A stretch of 64,000 nt of DNA from Chloroflexota bacterium (GTDB taxonomy: Bacteria > Chloroflexota > Anaerolineae > JAAEKA01), in NCBI GenBank assembly GCA_029558955.1, contig JAKQCW010000124.1:598-64597 (forward strand), given 5' to 3'. This document shows, piece after piece, positions 24,507 to 33,278 of this stretch; position 1 is the first letter of the stretch, and every line of letters starts with the position of its first letter. A program made the translations under genes and the position numbers. The notes beneath the pieces were generated by a model. It made no database searches. It saw only the letters and a program-made list of their open reading frames with translations, and was not told the DNA's origin.

Positions 24507-25348
24507 GGTTGGATGAGGCCGTAGCGTTGGTTGATGATGCGCTGGCCGCGCTGACTTGTCATAAAGCTGAAAAGAGCAGCAACTTCCGGGGCCGGCGTTG
24601 CGGGGGTCAGGAAATGGATGGGCAGCACGGCCGGGTAGTCAGGCCAGCCGCGCGCCACCCATTCCGGGCCGCGGCCATCGATGGAGAGGGCGCGCACCTC
24701 GTCGTTCAGCCAGGCGGCCGGCAGTGCGGCGATGGCCTGCGGGTCCGCGGCCACCTGCGCCCGCAGCCGCCGATCGTCGGGCAGCACCCGGGCGGCGGCG
24801 GTCATCGGTCGCACGCCCAGAAAGGCATCGGTCGCGACCTGGCGCGGCCCGGCGCCCTCCTCGCGCGTCGCCACCTGAATCTCGCCCTGGCCCGCGCCCA
24901 GCTCCTCCCAGTTGCGCACCAGCCCGCGCAGGATTTCCTGCACCCGCGGACTGGGCAGGTCGTCCAGCGGCCGGCTGGGGTGGACGACGATGGCCAGCGC
25001 GTCGTTGGCCACATGGCTGGCCTGCAGCCCAGCCAGCGCGGGGAGAGTCCCGCTCACCAGCGCCGCGTCGGCCTGGCTGTTCTGCACCGCCTGGATCGCG
25101 GCCGCCTCGTTGGCCAGCGGCAACAGGTCGATGCTGATGTGCGGGAAAGCCGCATGGTAGCCGGCTGCCACCGTTTCGGCCAGCGGCAGGGCGCTGGAGC
25201 TGGCGGCCAGCGTCAGCCGCACCGGCTCCACGGTCGGCACGGTGGTGCCGCAGGCCGTGGCCAGCAGCGCGGCGACCAACAGGCCGGCCCAGCGCGTCAG
25301 CCGGCGGCTGTCAGGTTGGCGGGTGGAGGGGGGGCGAAGGTGGCGCAT
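24503..25348 (-). CDS. PstS-family / PBP-like substrate-binding lipoprotein
   Basis: Signal peptide plus Cys lipobox. The SSSALPLAE…IQAV pattern resembles the phosphate-binding protein fold. Confidence 0.55.
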   Translation of the reverse strand: MRHLRPPSTRQPDSRRLTRWAGLLVAALLATACGTTVPTVEPVRLTLAASSSALPLAETVAAGYHAAFPHISIDLLPLANEAAAIQAVQNSQADAALVSGTLPALAGLQASHVANDALAIVVHPSRPLDDLPSPRVQEILRGLVRNWEELGAGQGEIQVATREEGAGPRQVATDAFLGVRPMTAAARVLPDDRRLRAQVAADPQAIAALPAAWLNDEVRALSIDGRGPEWVARGWPDYPAVLPIHFLTPATPAPEVAALFSFMTSQRGQRIINQRYGLIQP

Positions 25349-25408
25349 AGAGCGGTTGATCGGCCAGGCGGCGGCTGATGGGGCCGGCCGGGAGGGGGTG
25401 GGGGCGTC

Positions 25409-26578
25409 CTACGCGACGGCGGCCAGCGTCTCACGGCGGGCCTGGCGGTTGCGGGCGCGCGCCTCCTGGTCGCTCAGTTGATAGCCGGCCAGGAAGCGTT
25501 CCTTGAAGGCCACGAAGGAGCCGTCGGCGATGGCGGCGCGGATTTGCTCCATCAGGCGCAGCATGAAGTGCAGGTTGTGCAGCGTGGCCAGGTGCAGCCC
25601 CAGCGTCTCGCCAGCCTTGAACAGGTGGCGCAGGTAGGCGCGGCTGAAGTGCTGGCAGGTGTAGCAGGTGCAGCCCTCCTCCACCGGCTGCGGCGCTGCG
25701 GCGTGCTGGGCGTTGCGAATGTTGAGGCGGCCGGCGTGGGTGAGCAGCGCGCCGTTGCGTGCGATGCGGGTGGGCAGCACGCAGTCGAACAGATCGATGC
25801 CCTGGGCCACCGCTTCCAGAATGTCCTCGGGCGCGCCGACGCCCATCAGGTAGCGCGGCTTGGCGGACGGCAGCAGGGGGCAGGTGTGGGCCAGGGTCGC
25901 GATCATCTGCGCCTTGGTCTCCCCCACAGCCAGCCCCCCCACGGCATAGCCGGGAAAGTCCAGTTCGGCCAGGAAGCGGGCCGATTCGCCGCGCAGGTCG
26001 GGGAAGATGCCCCCCTGCACGATGCCAAACAGCGCCTGGTCGGGTCGGGTGTGGGCGGCGCGGCAACGCGCGGCCCAGGCGTGGGTGCGCAGCAGCGCCC
26101 GCTCGTTGGCGGCCCGATCCAGCGGGTCGGGGCATTCGTCCAGGCACATGGCGATGTCCGCGCCCAGCTTTTGTTCGGTCTCCATCACCGATTCGGGGGT
26201 GAAGCGCTGCAAGCTGCCGTCGATGTGCGAGCGGAAGGTGACGCCGTCCGCGTCCAGCTTGCGCATGTGGGCCAGGCTGAAGACCTGATAGCCGCCGGAA
26301 TCGGTCAGAATCGGTCCGTCCCAGTCCATGAAGCCATGCAGGCCGCCCATGCGCTGCACCAGATCGGCGCCGGGGCGCAGGAAGAGGTGATAGGTGTTGG
26401 CCAGGATCAGCCCGGCGCCCAGGCTGCGCAGATCGCGCGGGGTCATGGTCTTGACGGTGGCCTGGGTGCCGACAGGGGCGAAAAGGGGGGTGGGCACGGC
26501 GCCGTGCGGCGTGTGCAGGGTGCCCAGCCGCGCGCCGCTGGCCGGGTCGGTGGTATGCAGGTCGAAATGAATGGTCAT
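25409..26578 (-). CDS. tgt: Queuine tRNA-ribosyltransferase (tRNA-guanine transglycosylase)
   Basis: FAPVGTQATVK, DSGGYQ and the C-terminal zinc site CTCYTCQHFSRAYLRHL. The ATG at 26578 was chosen. The ORF-track start 26695 lies inside repeat sequence. Confidence 0.9.
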   Translation of the reverse strand: MTIHFDLHTTDPASGARLGTLHTPHGAVPTPLFAPVGTQATVKTMTPRDLRSLGAGLILANTYHLFLRPGADLVQRMGGLHGFMDWDGPILTDSGGYQVFSLAHMRKLDADGVTFRSHIDGSLQRFTPESVMETEQKLGADIAMCLDECPDPLDRAANERALLRTHAWAARCRAAHTRPDQALFGIVQGGIFPDLRGESARFLAELDFPGYAVGGLAVGETKAQMIATLAHTCPLLPSAKPRYLMGVGAPEDILEAVAQGIDLFDCVLPTRIARNGALLTHAGRLNIRNAQHAAAPQPVEEGCTCYTCQHFSRAYLRHLFKAGETLGLHLATLHNLHFMLRLMEQIRAAIADGSFVAFKERFLAGYQLSDQEARARNRQARRETLAAVA

Positions 26579-26599
26579 GGGGCGATTATAGCCGTAGCC

Positions 26600-27060
26600 G
26601 CGCCGCTTGGGAAAATCGCGGCCAGACCCGGCTAAAGCCTCGACTCCTCTCACCCGCCGCTCGGGCCGATCTCCGACCGAGCCCACCCGCTTCATCCACG
26701 GCCGTCCGCCCAGACCCGGCTAAAGCCTCGACTCCTCTCACCCGCCGCTCGGGCCGGTCTCCGACCGAGCCCGCCCGCCTCATCCACGCCCGTCCGCCCA
26801 GACCCGGCTAAAGCCTCGACTCCTCTCACCCGCCGCTCGGGCCGGTCTCCGACCGAGCCCGCCCGCTTCATCCACGGCCGTCCGCCCAGACCCGGCTAAA
26901 GCCTCGACTCCTCTCACCCGCCGCTCGGGCCGATCTCCGACCGAGCCCGCCCGCTTCATCCACGGCCGTCCGCCCAGACCCGGCTAAAGCCTCGACTCCT
27001 CTCACCCGCCGCTCGGGCCGGTCTCCGACCGAGCCCGTCCGCCCAGCGCACATGGACGGC
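26600..27060. repeat. About five tandem ~90-bp copies of repeat family A (…cccggctaaagcctcgactcctctcacccgccgctcgggccggtctccgaccgagcccgcccgcttcatccacggccgtccgcccaga…).
   Basis: Read from the sequence. Overlapping ORF-track entries (26586..26783, 26868..27287) repeat the same peptides and are rejected as genes. Confidence 0.9.
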
Positions 27061-27286
27061 TGTTCTCCGACGCCGCGCCTGAACCGCTGATTTTTCCCCG
27101 TCATGCATGGCCTTGGGAGTGAACCCGAAGCGGCATGCACGGCGTGTAAGCGGCTATGTCGATGGCCACACGGGCGCGTCCGGCCCCGTCCTGATTCAGC
27201 CCATCCACGCGGCTGTGCTATAATCCGCCCCGTGTGAGCCATGATCAGGCAGTTCGATACAAATTTCACACCGAGGAGGCATGACA

Positions 27287-29230
27287 ATGCGAGTAGTTCT
27301 ACGTTCCCTGGCGGTCCTGGTGATCGCCCTTGCCCTGACGCCCATGGCGCTGGCCGCGCCGCAGGCCGCCCAGCCGGAGACGGTCAACACCGGCGACGAG
27401 TTGGTGATCATCACCAGCGACGGACGGCTGGAGGCGCGCGATCCCTATGTTCCGACCGGTTTCCAACCCGTGGTCTGGTCGTCGCCGAGCACTGGTTTCA
27501 CTGACGTGGTCACCGGCGACTTCAACGGCGATGGCACCGACGAGGTGGTGGGCCTGCGCGGCGCCGAGGCTGTCGTCTACGACCCTGTGCGGGGAGCCGG
27601 CGAGCCAGATGTGTCTCATACCTTTTTTGCCACGGCCGGTCAGTTCTGGCGCAACGTGACCACCGGCGACCTGGACGGCGATGGCAGAGATGAGCTGGTG
27701 CTGGCCGAGTCCTCCGGCTCTGGCACCCGGATGGCGTCCTTCAAGTTCGCCAGCAACGCCTGGACTCAGACCTTCAGCGCCTTCTACGGCGCGCCCTGGG
27801 TCGGCCTGACCACCGGCAACGTCATTGGCAGCTCGGCCGGCATGCGCCAGCAGGTAATAGCCATCCGCAACGCGGGCAGCACCTGCCAGATTCTCATCTT
27901 CAACCCAGCCAACAACTGGCAGACCATCAACGAGTTCACCCGCAACTTCCCCTGGATGTATGTGACGGTGGGGGATGTGACGCTGGACGGCGCGGGCAAG
28001 GAGGAGATCGTCGTCACCCGCTCTGGGGTAGGCGCGACCTTGCCCTCCATGTTCGTCTTCCGTTGGGAGCAGCAGTTCCCGGAGCTGCAAGAACAGGAAC
28101 GGGAGGTCTTCAACCCTGAGTTTCGCTGGGTGGCGCTGGCCGACGTCAACGCCAGCGGCGACAAAGAGGTGTTCCTGCTGCGCAACACCGCAGGCGCCGG
28201 CCAGGTTGCATTGACCAGCCGCAACTACGGCAACGACCAGGGCACGCCGGTCTTCAACGAGTTGGCCGGTCAGACTCAATGGAATGGCATCCAGGCTGGC
28301 GACATCGACGCCGATGGCCGCGATGAAGTGATCGTCATGTCACCCACCCAGTACCTGATCTACACGCAGCCTGATGTCAGCACGGCATCGACGCCCTATT
28401 CAGGGTCATTCTGGCGTGACGGCAACTTCGCCGTGGGCGATCTGGACGGCCAGGGCCAGGTAGCCGGGCCCACCTTGTCCGTCTCGCCGCTGAGCCTGGA
28501 CCTGGACCTCCAGGCCGGTCAGAACTTCTCCCAGCCCGTCGCCATCACCAACACCGGTTCGGGCACGCTGAACTGGAGCGCCACGGTGGTGGATGGCTCG
28601 GCTTGGCTCTCGTTCTCCCCCTCCAACGGCACCGCGCCGACCACGGCGCAGTTGATGGTGAGCACCGGCGGCGTCGCGCCTGGCTCCTACGTGGGTCGGG
28701 TGCGCATCGACGCGCCAGGGGCCAACAGCACGCCGCAAACCATCACCGTCAACCTGACGGTGACCGCGCCGGAGTTCGCTGTGCAGCCGAGCCAGGTCTC
28801 CTGGGTCTACACGCCGCCCACCAATCCGGGCGTGCGAACGGTGACCATCCGCGGCCAGAATGTGCCGTGGCATGCGGGCGTGGTTTCCACCTCGGTGGCC
28901 AACCGCGTTGCGCAGGCTGTGGCCGCGGGCCAGCCGGTGACGCTGGAAGATGGCCAGCTGGTGATCGGCGATGGCCGCGGCGCCGAGGACGTGCCGCCCG
29001 TGGTCAACTGGATCAGCATCAACCCCGTTTCCGGCGTGGCCACCCCTGGCGGCATCCTGGTTGACCTGAGCCTGGTGCTGGATCAGGTGCCCAGCGGCTT
29101 CCGGACGGCGGCCGTGGTCTTCGTGGCCGATACGACCGCCTCCCCGCCAGCGCTGGTGGTGCGCGCCAGCACTCTGCGCACGCAGCCCGACGCGTCGGAT
29201 ATCTACTTCCTCCCCCTGATCCTGAGATAG
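27287..29230 (+). CDS. Secreted FG-GAP/VCBS-repeat (beta-propeller-like) protein with C-terminal Ig/BACON-like domains.
   Basis: Signal peptide, then repeated GDFNGDGTDEVV / GDLDGDGRDELV / GDIDADGRDEVI motifs, with a C-terminal LNWSATV…WLSFSP pattern. A GAGGAGG ribosome-binding site lies 7 nt upstream of the ATG at 27287. An alternative ATG is at 27281. Confidence 0.75.
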   Translation: MRVVLRSLAVLVIALALTPMALAAPQAAQPETVNTGDELVIITSDGRLEARDPYVPTGFQPVVWSSPSTGFTDVVTGDFNGDGTDEVVGLRGAEAVVYDPVRGAGEPDVSHTFFATAGQFWRNVTTGDLDGDGRDELVLAESSGSGTRMASFKFASNAWTQTFSAFYGAPWVGLTTGNVIGSSAGMRQQVIAIRNAGSTCQILIFNPANNWQTINEFTRNFPWMYVTVGDVTLDGAGKEEIVVTRSGVGATLPSMFVFRWEQQFPELQEQEREVFNPEFRWVALADVNASGDKEVFLLRNTAGAGQVALTSRNYGNDQGTPVFNELAGQTQWNGIQAGDIDADGRDEVIVMSPTQYLIYTQPDVSTASTPYSGSFWRDGNFAVGDLDGQGQVAGPTLSVSPLSLDLDLQAGQNFSQPVAITNTGSGTLNWSATVVDGSAWLSFSPSNGTAPTTAQLMVSTGGVAPGSYVGRVRIDAPGANSTPQTITVNLTVTAPEFAVQPSQVSWVYTPPTNPGVRTVTIRGQNVPWHAGVVSTSVANRVAQAVAAGQPVTLEDGQLVIGDGRGAEDVPPVVNWISINPVSGVATPGGILVDLSLVLDQVPSGFRTAAVVFVADTTASPPALVVRASTLRTQPDASDIYFLPLILR

Positions 29231-29240
29231 CCTGAAACAG

Positions 29241-29279
29241 AAAAAAAGCCGGACTTCTTCCGAGAAGTCCGGCTTTTTC
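29241..29279. terminator. Bidirectional rho-independent terminator (aaaaaaa gccggacttct tccga gaagtccggc ttttt).
   Basis: Perfect 10-11-bp stem with an A-run 5' and a T-run 3'. It lies between convergent genes. Confidence 0.75.
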
Positions 29280-29327
29280 ATGGAATGCAATGAAGCCAGA
29301 GCCGGGCGAGGACGCCCTGGGCGATGG

Positions 29328-29918
29328 TCAGATGCGGGCGCGGAAGCGGCTGTTGTCCAGCAGATTCTCCGCCATCTCGGCGTGCAGTTGGGGGATGGTC
29401 ACCGCGTTGAGCAACTGGCCCCCCTCGGCGATGGCGTCGCAGGCGATGAGAACCGCGGTCTCTACGTCGGTGAGCGAGCCGCTGAAGAAGGCCAGCCCCT
29501 TGCCACCCAGCCCGTCGGCCAGGCGCAGCTCCAACAGCGTCACCTGCGCGCCCTTCAACCCGGCGTCGGCCGCCTGGATGGCCGCGGCCACGCTGGCCGT
29601 CTCGACGATGCCCAGCGCCTCGATGGGGGCGGGCCGGCGTGCGGCGGCGATGCCGGCCGGCACGTCCGGGTGTACGCCGGGCAGATAGACGTGATCCAGC
29701 ACCGAACCGCTGCCGGCGGCCAGCCCGGCCGCCAGCGCCTCCTGTACGGGGGCCACCTCGCCGCTGACCAGCACCAGATAGCGGCCGGGATGCACCGTGC
29801 CGGCGACGATGCGGGCCACCGGGGCCTTCTTGACCATCGCGTCGCCGGCCAGAATGCCGGCGGCGATGCTGTCGAATTCGACGAGCGCGAGGGCGGGGTC
29901 GATCGCTACCGGGGTCAA
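29328..29918 (-). CDS. Tandem BMC-domain shell protein (BMC-T, PduT/CcmO-like), with two consecutive canonical BMC domains.
   Basis: ALALVEFDSIAAGILAGDAMVKKAPV… and ALGIVETASVAAAIQAADAGLKGAQV… both fit the PF00936-like pattern. The likely TTG start at 29918 overlaps the upstream TGA (TTGA) and has a GAGAGAGG ribosome-binding site. The ORF-track start 29975 would overlap the upstream gene by 60 nt. Confidence 0.7.
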   Translation of the reverse strand: MTPVAIDPALALVEFDSIAAGILAGDAMVKKAPVARIVAGTVHPGRYLVLVSGEVAPVQEALAAGLAAGSGSVLDHVYLPGVHPDVPAGIAAARRPAPIEALGIVETASVAAAIQAADAGLKGAQVTLLELRLADGLGGKGLAFFSGSLTDVETAVLIACDAIAEGGQLLNAVTIPQLHAEMAENLLDNSRFRARI

Positions 29919-30526
29919 ATTGCCTCTCTCCGTATCACATTCAGTGCAGCGTCGAATTGGCGAAAACTGGGACAACGCTGCTTGACGGTTTCGATTTCCC
30001 GTCCCATCTCCACGGCCAAGTCAAAGGCCAACTCCTCGTTAAGCCACCGATGCGCCGTGTGCCTGAGCAGGAATGGCACGACAACCTCGTTCTTGGGATG
30101 CAAGTAGTGCTCCGGTTCTTTGACCAGTGAGGGGAGTGGCCGGCCGAACACGCGCTGCCATGCGTCAGGACAGGCGATCAACCAGGCTTCCAACATCTCG
30201 ACGGCAACGGCAACCACGGCAGGAGCAGCCAAATCAGGCGTCGTCAATGTTCGCAAGGCTTCGACGCACGCAGGATCGCGTTCGTTGTCGACCACGACCA
30301 AGCCGCCCAGAACGCCGCGCCACTGGAATGATCGCACGTAGCCCTGGTAGCGCTTCGGATCATTGACATATTGCCGGCAGCCGCGGATGCGGGCCCGCAC
30401 GAATTCGGCATGAACCGGCCGGCCCAGCAGATGTTCGGTGAGCACCGGCAGCGCGCCGGCGTCGGCTCCTCCATCGACCAGAAAGCCCAGCCGTATCGCC
30501 TCATTTCCAGCTCCAGCCTCAGCCAT
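29915..30526 (-). CDS. Small (~203 aa) acidic partner protein, a candidate DUF4276/TOPRIM-like protein. The family name is recalled from memory, not verified.
   Basis: ATG at 30526 has a GGAGGG ribosome-binding site and overlaps the last codons of the ATPase (ATGGCTGA). It contains the IRLGFLVDGGADAG…LVVVDNERD acidic motifs. Confidence 0.55.
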   Translation of the reverse strand: MAEAGAGNEAIRLGFLVDGGADAGALPVLTEHLLGRPVHAEFVRARIRGCRQYVNDPKRYQGYVRSFQWRGVLGGLVVVDNERDPACVEALRTLTTPDLAAPAVVAVAVEMLEAWLIACPDAWQRVFGRPLPSLVKEPEHYLHPKNEVVVPFLLRHTAHRWLNEELAFDLAVEMGREIETVKQRCPSFRQFDAALNVIRREAI

Positions 30527-31715
30527 CTTGCAGCCCTCCAGATACCCATAGCTCTCCCAGCGGACCAAACGTCTTCTGGCGCTGCGCAATCTCGGTTGCT
30601 GTGAGTTCGACCAGAGTCGTTGGACCGCCGTTGCGGGTGAAGACGAGCAGTTCATCCGGTTGCAGGCGATCCACCAGGTAGGGAGCATGTGTCGTCAGGA
30701 TGATCTGCTGACCTGCGCGGGCGTGGTTGCGCAACAATTCCACCAGTTGGAACAACCTGGCCGGGCTGATGCCGTTTTCTGGTTCTTCGATAGCCAGCAG
30801 GGGTGCAGCGACTGCGCCGTGAGCGATGGCTGCCAGGGCCAGAAAGCGCAAGGTCCCGTCGGAAATCTGGTGGGGATAGAAGCTCAGATTGTTTTTCTCC
30901 CGCATGACGATGACCTTCTGTCCAGGGCCTGCCGCTTCGAGTCTGATGCTGTGCAAACCTGGCACGGCCACCCGGAGTTCGCCGGTGATTGCCTCCAACA
31001 CATCGCCATGCACTTCGTCAAGAACGGCAGCCAGGTTGGCGCCGTTGGGCTGCAGCTCAGCCTGGTACTTCACTGTGGCCGGCTTGCGCATGGCCTGCGG
31101 CTCGAGCCTAAAAACTTTGAACTGGCGCAGGGCGGCAGCCAGTGCAACGGCATGGGGATAGCGAACCCGATCCGACAACTGCGAGAGCGCTGTGCGCTGC
31201 ATGTTCCCAGCGAAAGCCTCGGCCGCGCCGCCGTCCTCCCGCCACGCTTGCCCAGCGTGGAGCAGTGGCTGCCTGTCATCCGGCAAATAATCGAACGCCT
31301 GGCCGTGGGGATGCGATGCGTTGGCGCTGGCAAGGAACGGCCTGCCCACCCGCCATAGCTGCTCCATCCCAACTTCGACCTCGCGTCCGCTGGCCGGGTT
31401 CAGGCCAAAGCCGACTTGATAAAAGAGCAGATCGTCGTCGTTCTGAAAACCAAGCCGGTTGTTCCACGCCTCGATCTGGATGGCGATGATCTGATGCCGT
31501 TCACCGGCGTACACCAGGTCCTCGAACGAGACGCGATTCTCGTGCAGCAAGGCAGACCTCACGCCCATGTCAGTGGCATCAGCCAGGAACGCCAAGCTAT
31601 CCAGGAAATTGCTCTTGCCCGCGCCATTCTTGCCCAACAACACGTTCAACGGGCCGAGACGCACGGTCAGGTCTTTGATGCTGCGGAAATTCTGGACGCA
31701 AATGGCGTTGATCAT
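30519..31715 (-). CDS. AAA_21/AAA_15-type ABC-like ATPase (SMC/RecF-like). This class is found in OLD/AbiE/PARIS-type defence modules.
   Basis: Walker A LLGKNGAGKSN, Q-loop ISDGTLR, Walker B LLAIEEPENG, H-loop ILTTHAP. It starts 15 nt after the aldehyde dehydrogenase stop. Confidence 0.8.
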   Translation of the reverse strand: MINAICVQNFRSIKDLTVRLGPLNVLLGKNGAGKSNFLDSLAFLADATDMGVRSALLHENRVSFEDLVYAGERHQIIAIQIEAWNNRLGFQNDDDLLFYQVGFGLNPASGREVEVGMEQLWRVGRPFLASANASHPHGQAFDYLPDDRQPLLHAGQAWREDGGAAEAFAGNMQRTALSQLSDRVRYPHAVALAAALRQFKVFRLEPQAMRKPATVKYQAELQPNGANLAAVLDEVHGDVLEAITGELRVAVPGLHSIRLEAAGPGQKVIVMREKNNLSFYPHQISDGTLRFLALAAIAHGAVAAPLLAIEEPENGISPARLFQLVELLRNHARAGQQIILTTHAPYLVDRLQPDELLVFTRNGGPTTLVELTATEIAQRQKTFGPLGELWVSGGLQDG

Positions 31716-31730
31716 CAGGCTACCTCTGGG

Positions 31731-33218
31731 CTACACAATCCTAAAATGGTCCACCAGCGTACAGCGCCTAATGCGGCTGAAGGTCAGGGCGGAGGTCAGC
31801 CCCTCGCCGGTGGGGCTGGCAATGCTGAAGCTGGTGAAGCCCTCGCCGCGGTAGCCCAGGCCGGCCAGGTTGGGGCCGTTCTTGACAAAGATCGAGGTGT
31901 CGATCTCCCTGGCCATGCGGCTGAGCTTGTCGATATCGCGGCTCCACATGCTGGCGGTGTGGCCAAAGCCATGTTCGGCCTCCACGGCCAGGTCGATGGC
32001 CTCGTCGCAGGAGCGCACCCGCACCAGCGGCATCACCGGCATGAGCTGCTCCGTCCAGACCAACGGGTGTTCCAGCGGCACCTCGACCAGCGCCAGCCGC
32101 ACCTCCCGACCGGCCGGGATGCCGATCTCGGCCAGGATCTCAGCAGCGTACTTGCCGACCCACTGCTTGTTGGTGACGCCCGGCTTGCGGGGCGCGCCCA
32201 GTTCTTTGAAGATCACCCGCTCCAGGCTGCGCAGCTTGTGCGCCGGCACCTCGACCGCGCCGTGCGCACACATGGCGGCCTTGAGCTGATCGGCTACCCG
32301 GTCGACGACGAAGATCTCCTTCTCGTCCACGCAGATGATGTTGTTGTCGAAGCCGCCGCCGAAGACGATCTCGCGGCCAGCCTTGTCGATGTCGGCCGTC
32401 TCATCCACCACCACCGGCGGGTTGCCCGGCCCGGCGCAGATGGCCCGCTTGCCGCTGGCCATGGCCTCTTTGACCACCCCTGGCCCGCCCGTCACCAGCA
32501 GCACCCGCACGCCAGGATGGCGCATCAAGGCCTGGGCGCTCTCGATGGTCGGCTCGACCAGGGCTGTCAGCAGGTTGGCCGGCCCGCCCGCGCCGACGAT
32601 GGCCCGATTGATGAGCTGGATCTGGTAGGAACAGACATGTTTGGCGCTGGGGTGAACGTTGAAGACCACCGCGTTGCCGGCTGACAGGATGCTGATGGCG
32701 TTGTTGATGATGGTGGATGTGGGGTTGGTGACCGGCGTGATGGCGCCGACGGCGCCGAAGGGGGCGCGCTCCACCAGGCTCAGCCCGCCGTCGCCGCTCC
32801 AGGCCAGGGGTTGCAAGATCTCCGGGCCAGGGGTTTTTTCGATCACCAACAGGTTCTTCTGCACCTTGTCCTCGAACCGGCCCAGCCCGCTCTCCTCATG
32901 GGCCATGCGCGCCAGCAGCTCGGCGTTGGCCCGCATGGCCGCGCGCACGGCGGCGATGATCTCGTGGCGTCTGGCCAGGGTCATGCCGTTCAGGGCGCGG
33001 AAGGCCGCGCGCGCCGCGGCCACGGCGTCGTCCATGGTCGTGAAGATGCCATCCTGGCCGGCGGCGTTGGGACCGGGCGCGGCCCGGCCCGCGCGGCCGA
33101 TGTGCGCCAGATGCGGCGCGGGGCCGGGGGCGGCGGTCGGCGGCGCGCTGCTGTTCAGCTCACGCTGCACGCGCTGGACGATGGATTGGATCTGGGCGTT
33201 GTCGAGGGGGTGGGTCAT
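31731..33218 (-). CDS. CoA-acylating aldehyde dehydrogenase of the BMC-associated EutE/PduP family. It has an N-terminal amphipathic helix (LDNAQIQSIVQRVQRELNS) and an Ala/Pro/Gly-rich linker (encapsulation-peptide-like).
   Basis: Strong resemblance to EutE throughout (…ITPVTNPTSTIINNAISILSAGNAVVFNVHP…, C-terminal …SPTGEGLTSALTFSRIRRCTLVDHFRIV). ATG at 33218 is the second codon after a TTG. Confidence 0.85.
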   Translation of the reverse strand: MTHPLDNAQIQSIVQRVQRELNSSAPPTAAPGPAPHLAHIGRAGRAAPGPNAAGQDGIFTTMDDAVAAARAAFRALNGMTLARRHEIIAAVRAAMRANAELLARMAHEESGLGRFEDKVQKNLLVIEKTPGPEILQPLAWSGDGGLSLVERAPFGAVGAITPVTNPTSTIINNAISILSAGNAVVFNVHPSAKHVCSYQIQLINRAIVGAGGPANLLTALVEPTIESAQALMRHPGVRVLLVTGGPGVVKEAMASGKRAICAGPGNPPVVVDETADIDKAGREIVFGGGFDNNIICVDEKEIFVVDRVADQLKAAMCAHGAVEVPAHKLRSLERVIFKELGAPRKPGVTNKQWVGKYAAEILAEIGIPAGREVRLALVEVPLEHPLVWTEQLMPVMPLVRVRSCDEAIDLAVEAEHGFGHTASMWSRDIDKLSRMAREIDTSIFVKNGPNLAGLGYRGEGFTSFSIASPTGEGLTSALTFSRIRRCTLVDHFRIV

Positions 33219-33278
33219 GGTCAATGGTCAATGGTTGATTGGGGAATGCGGGAATGGTTATTTGGGGAAGGGGAATGG

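Noticed and set aside
23374-24524. ORFs 23374..24126 (minus), 23733..24524 (plus) and 23903..24247 (minus) overlapping the TIM-barrel gene.
   Set aside because: These are alternative-frame or antisense high-GC artefacts. Only the 23586..24506 frame has isomerase motifs and operon-consistent start/stop coupling.
26586-27287. ORFs 26586..26783 and 26868..27287, and the tgt N-terminal extension to 26695. A CRISPR array was also considered here.
   Set aside because: They encode the same repeated peptide (…GSVGDRPERRVRGVEALAGSGR…) derived from family-A tandem repeats. There is no spacer structure. The tgt start was moved to the ATG at 26578.
29919-29975. ORF-track start (29975) for the BMC-T gene, 60 nt inside the upstream gene.
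   Set aside because: The TTG at 29918 has a GAGAGAGG ribosome-binding site and overlaps the upstream TGA (TTGA), matching the coupling seen across the operon. The 29975 codon is also TTG, without a ribosome-binding site.
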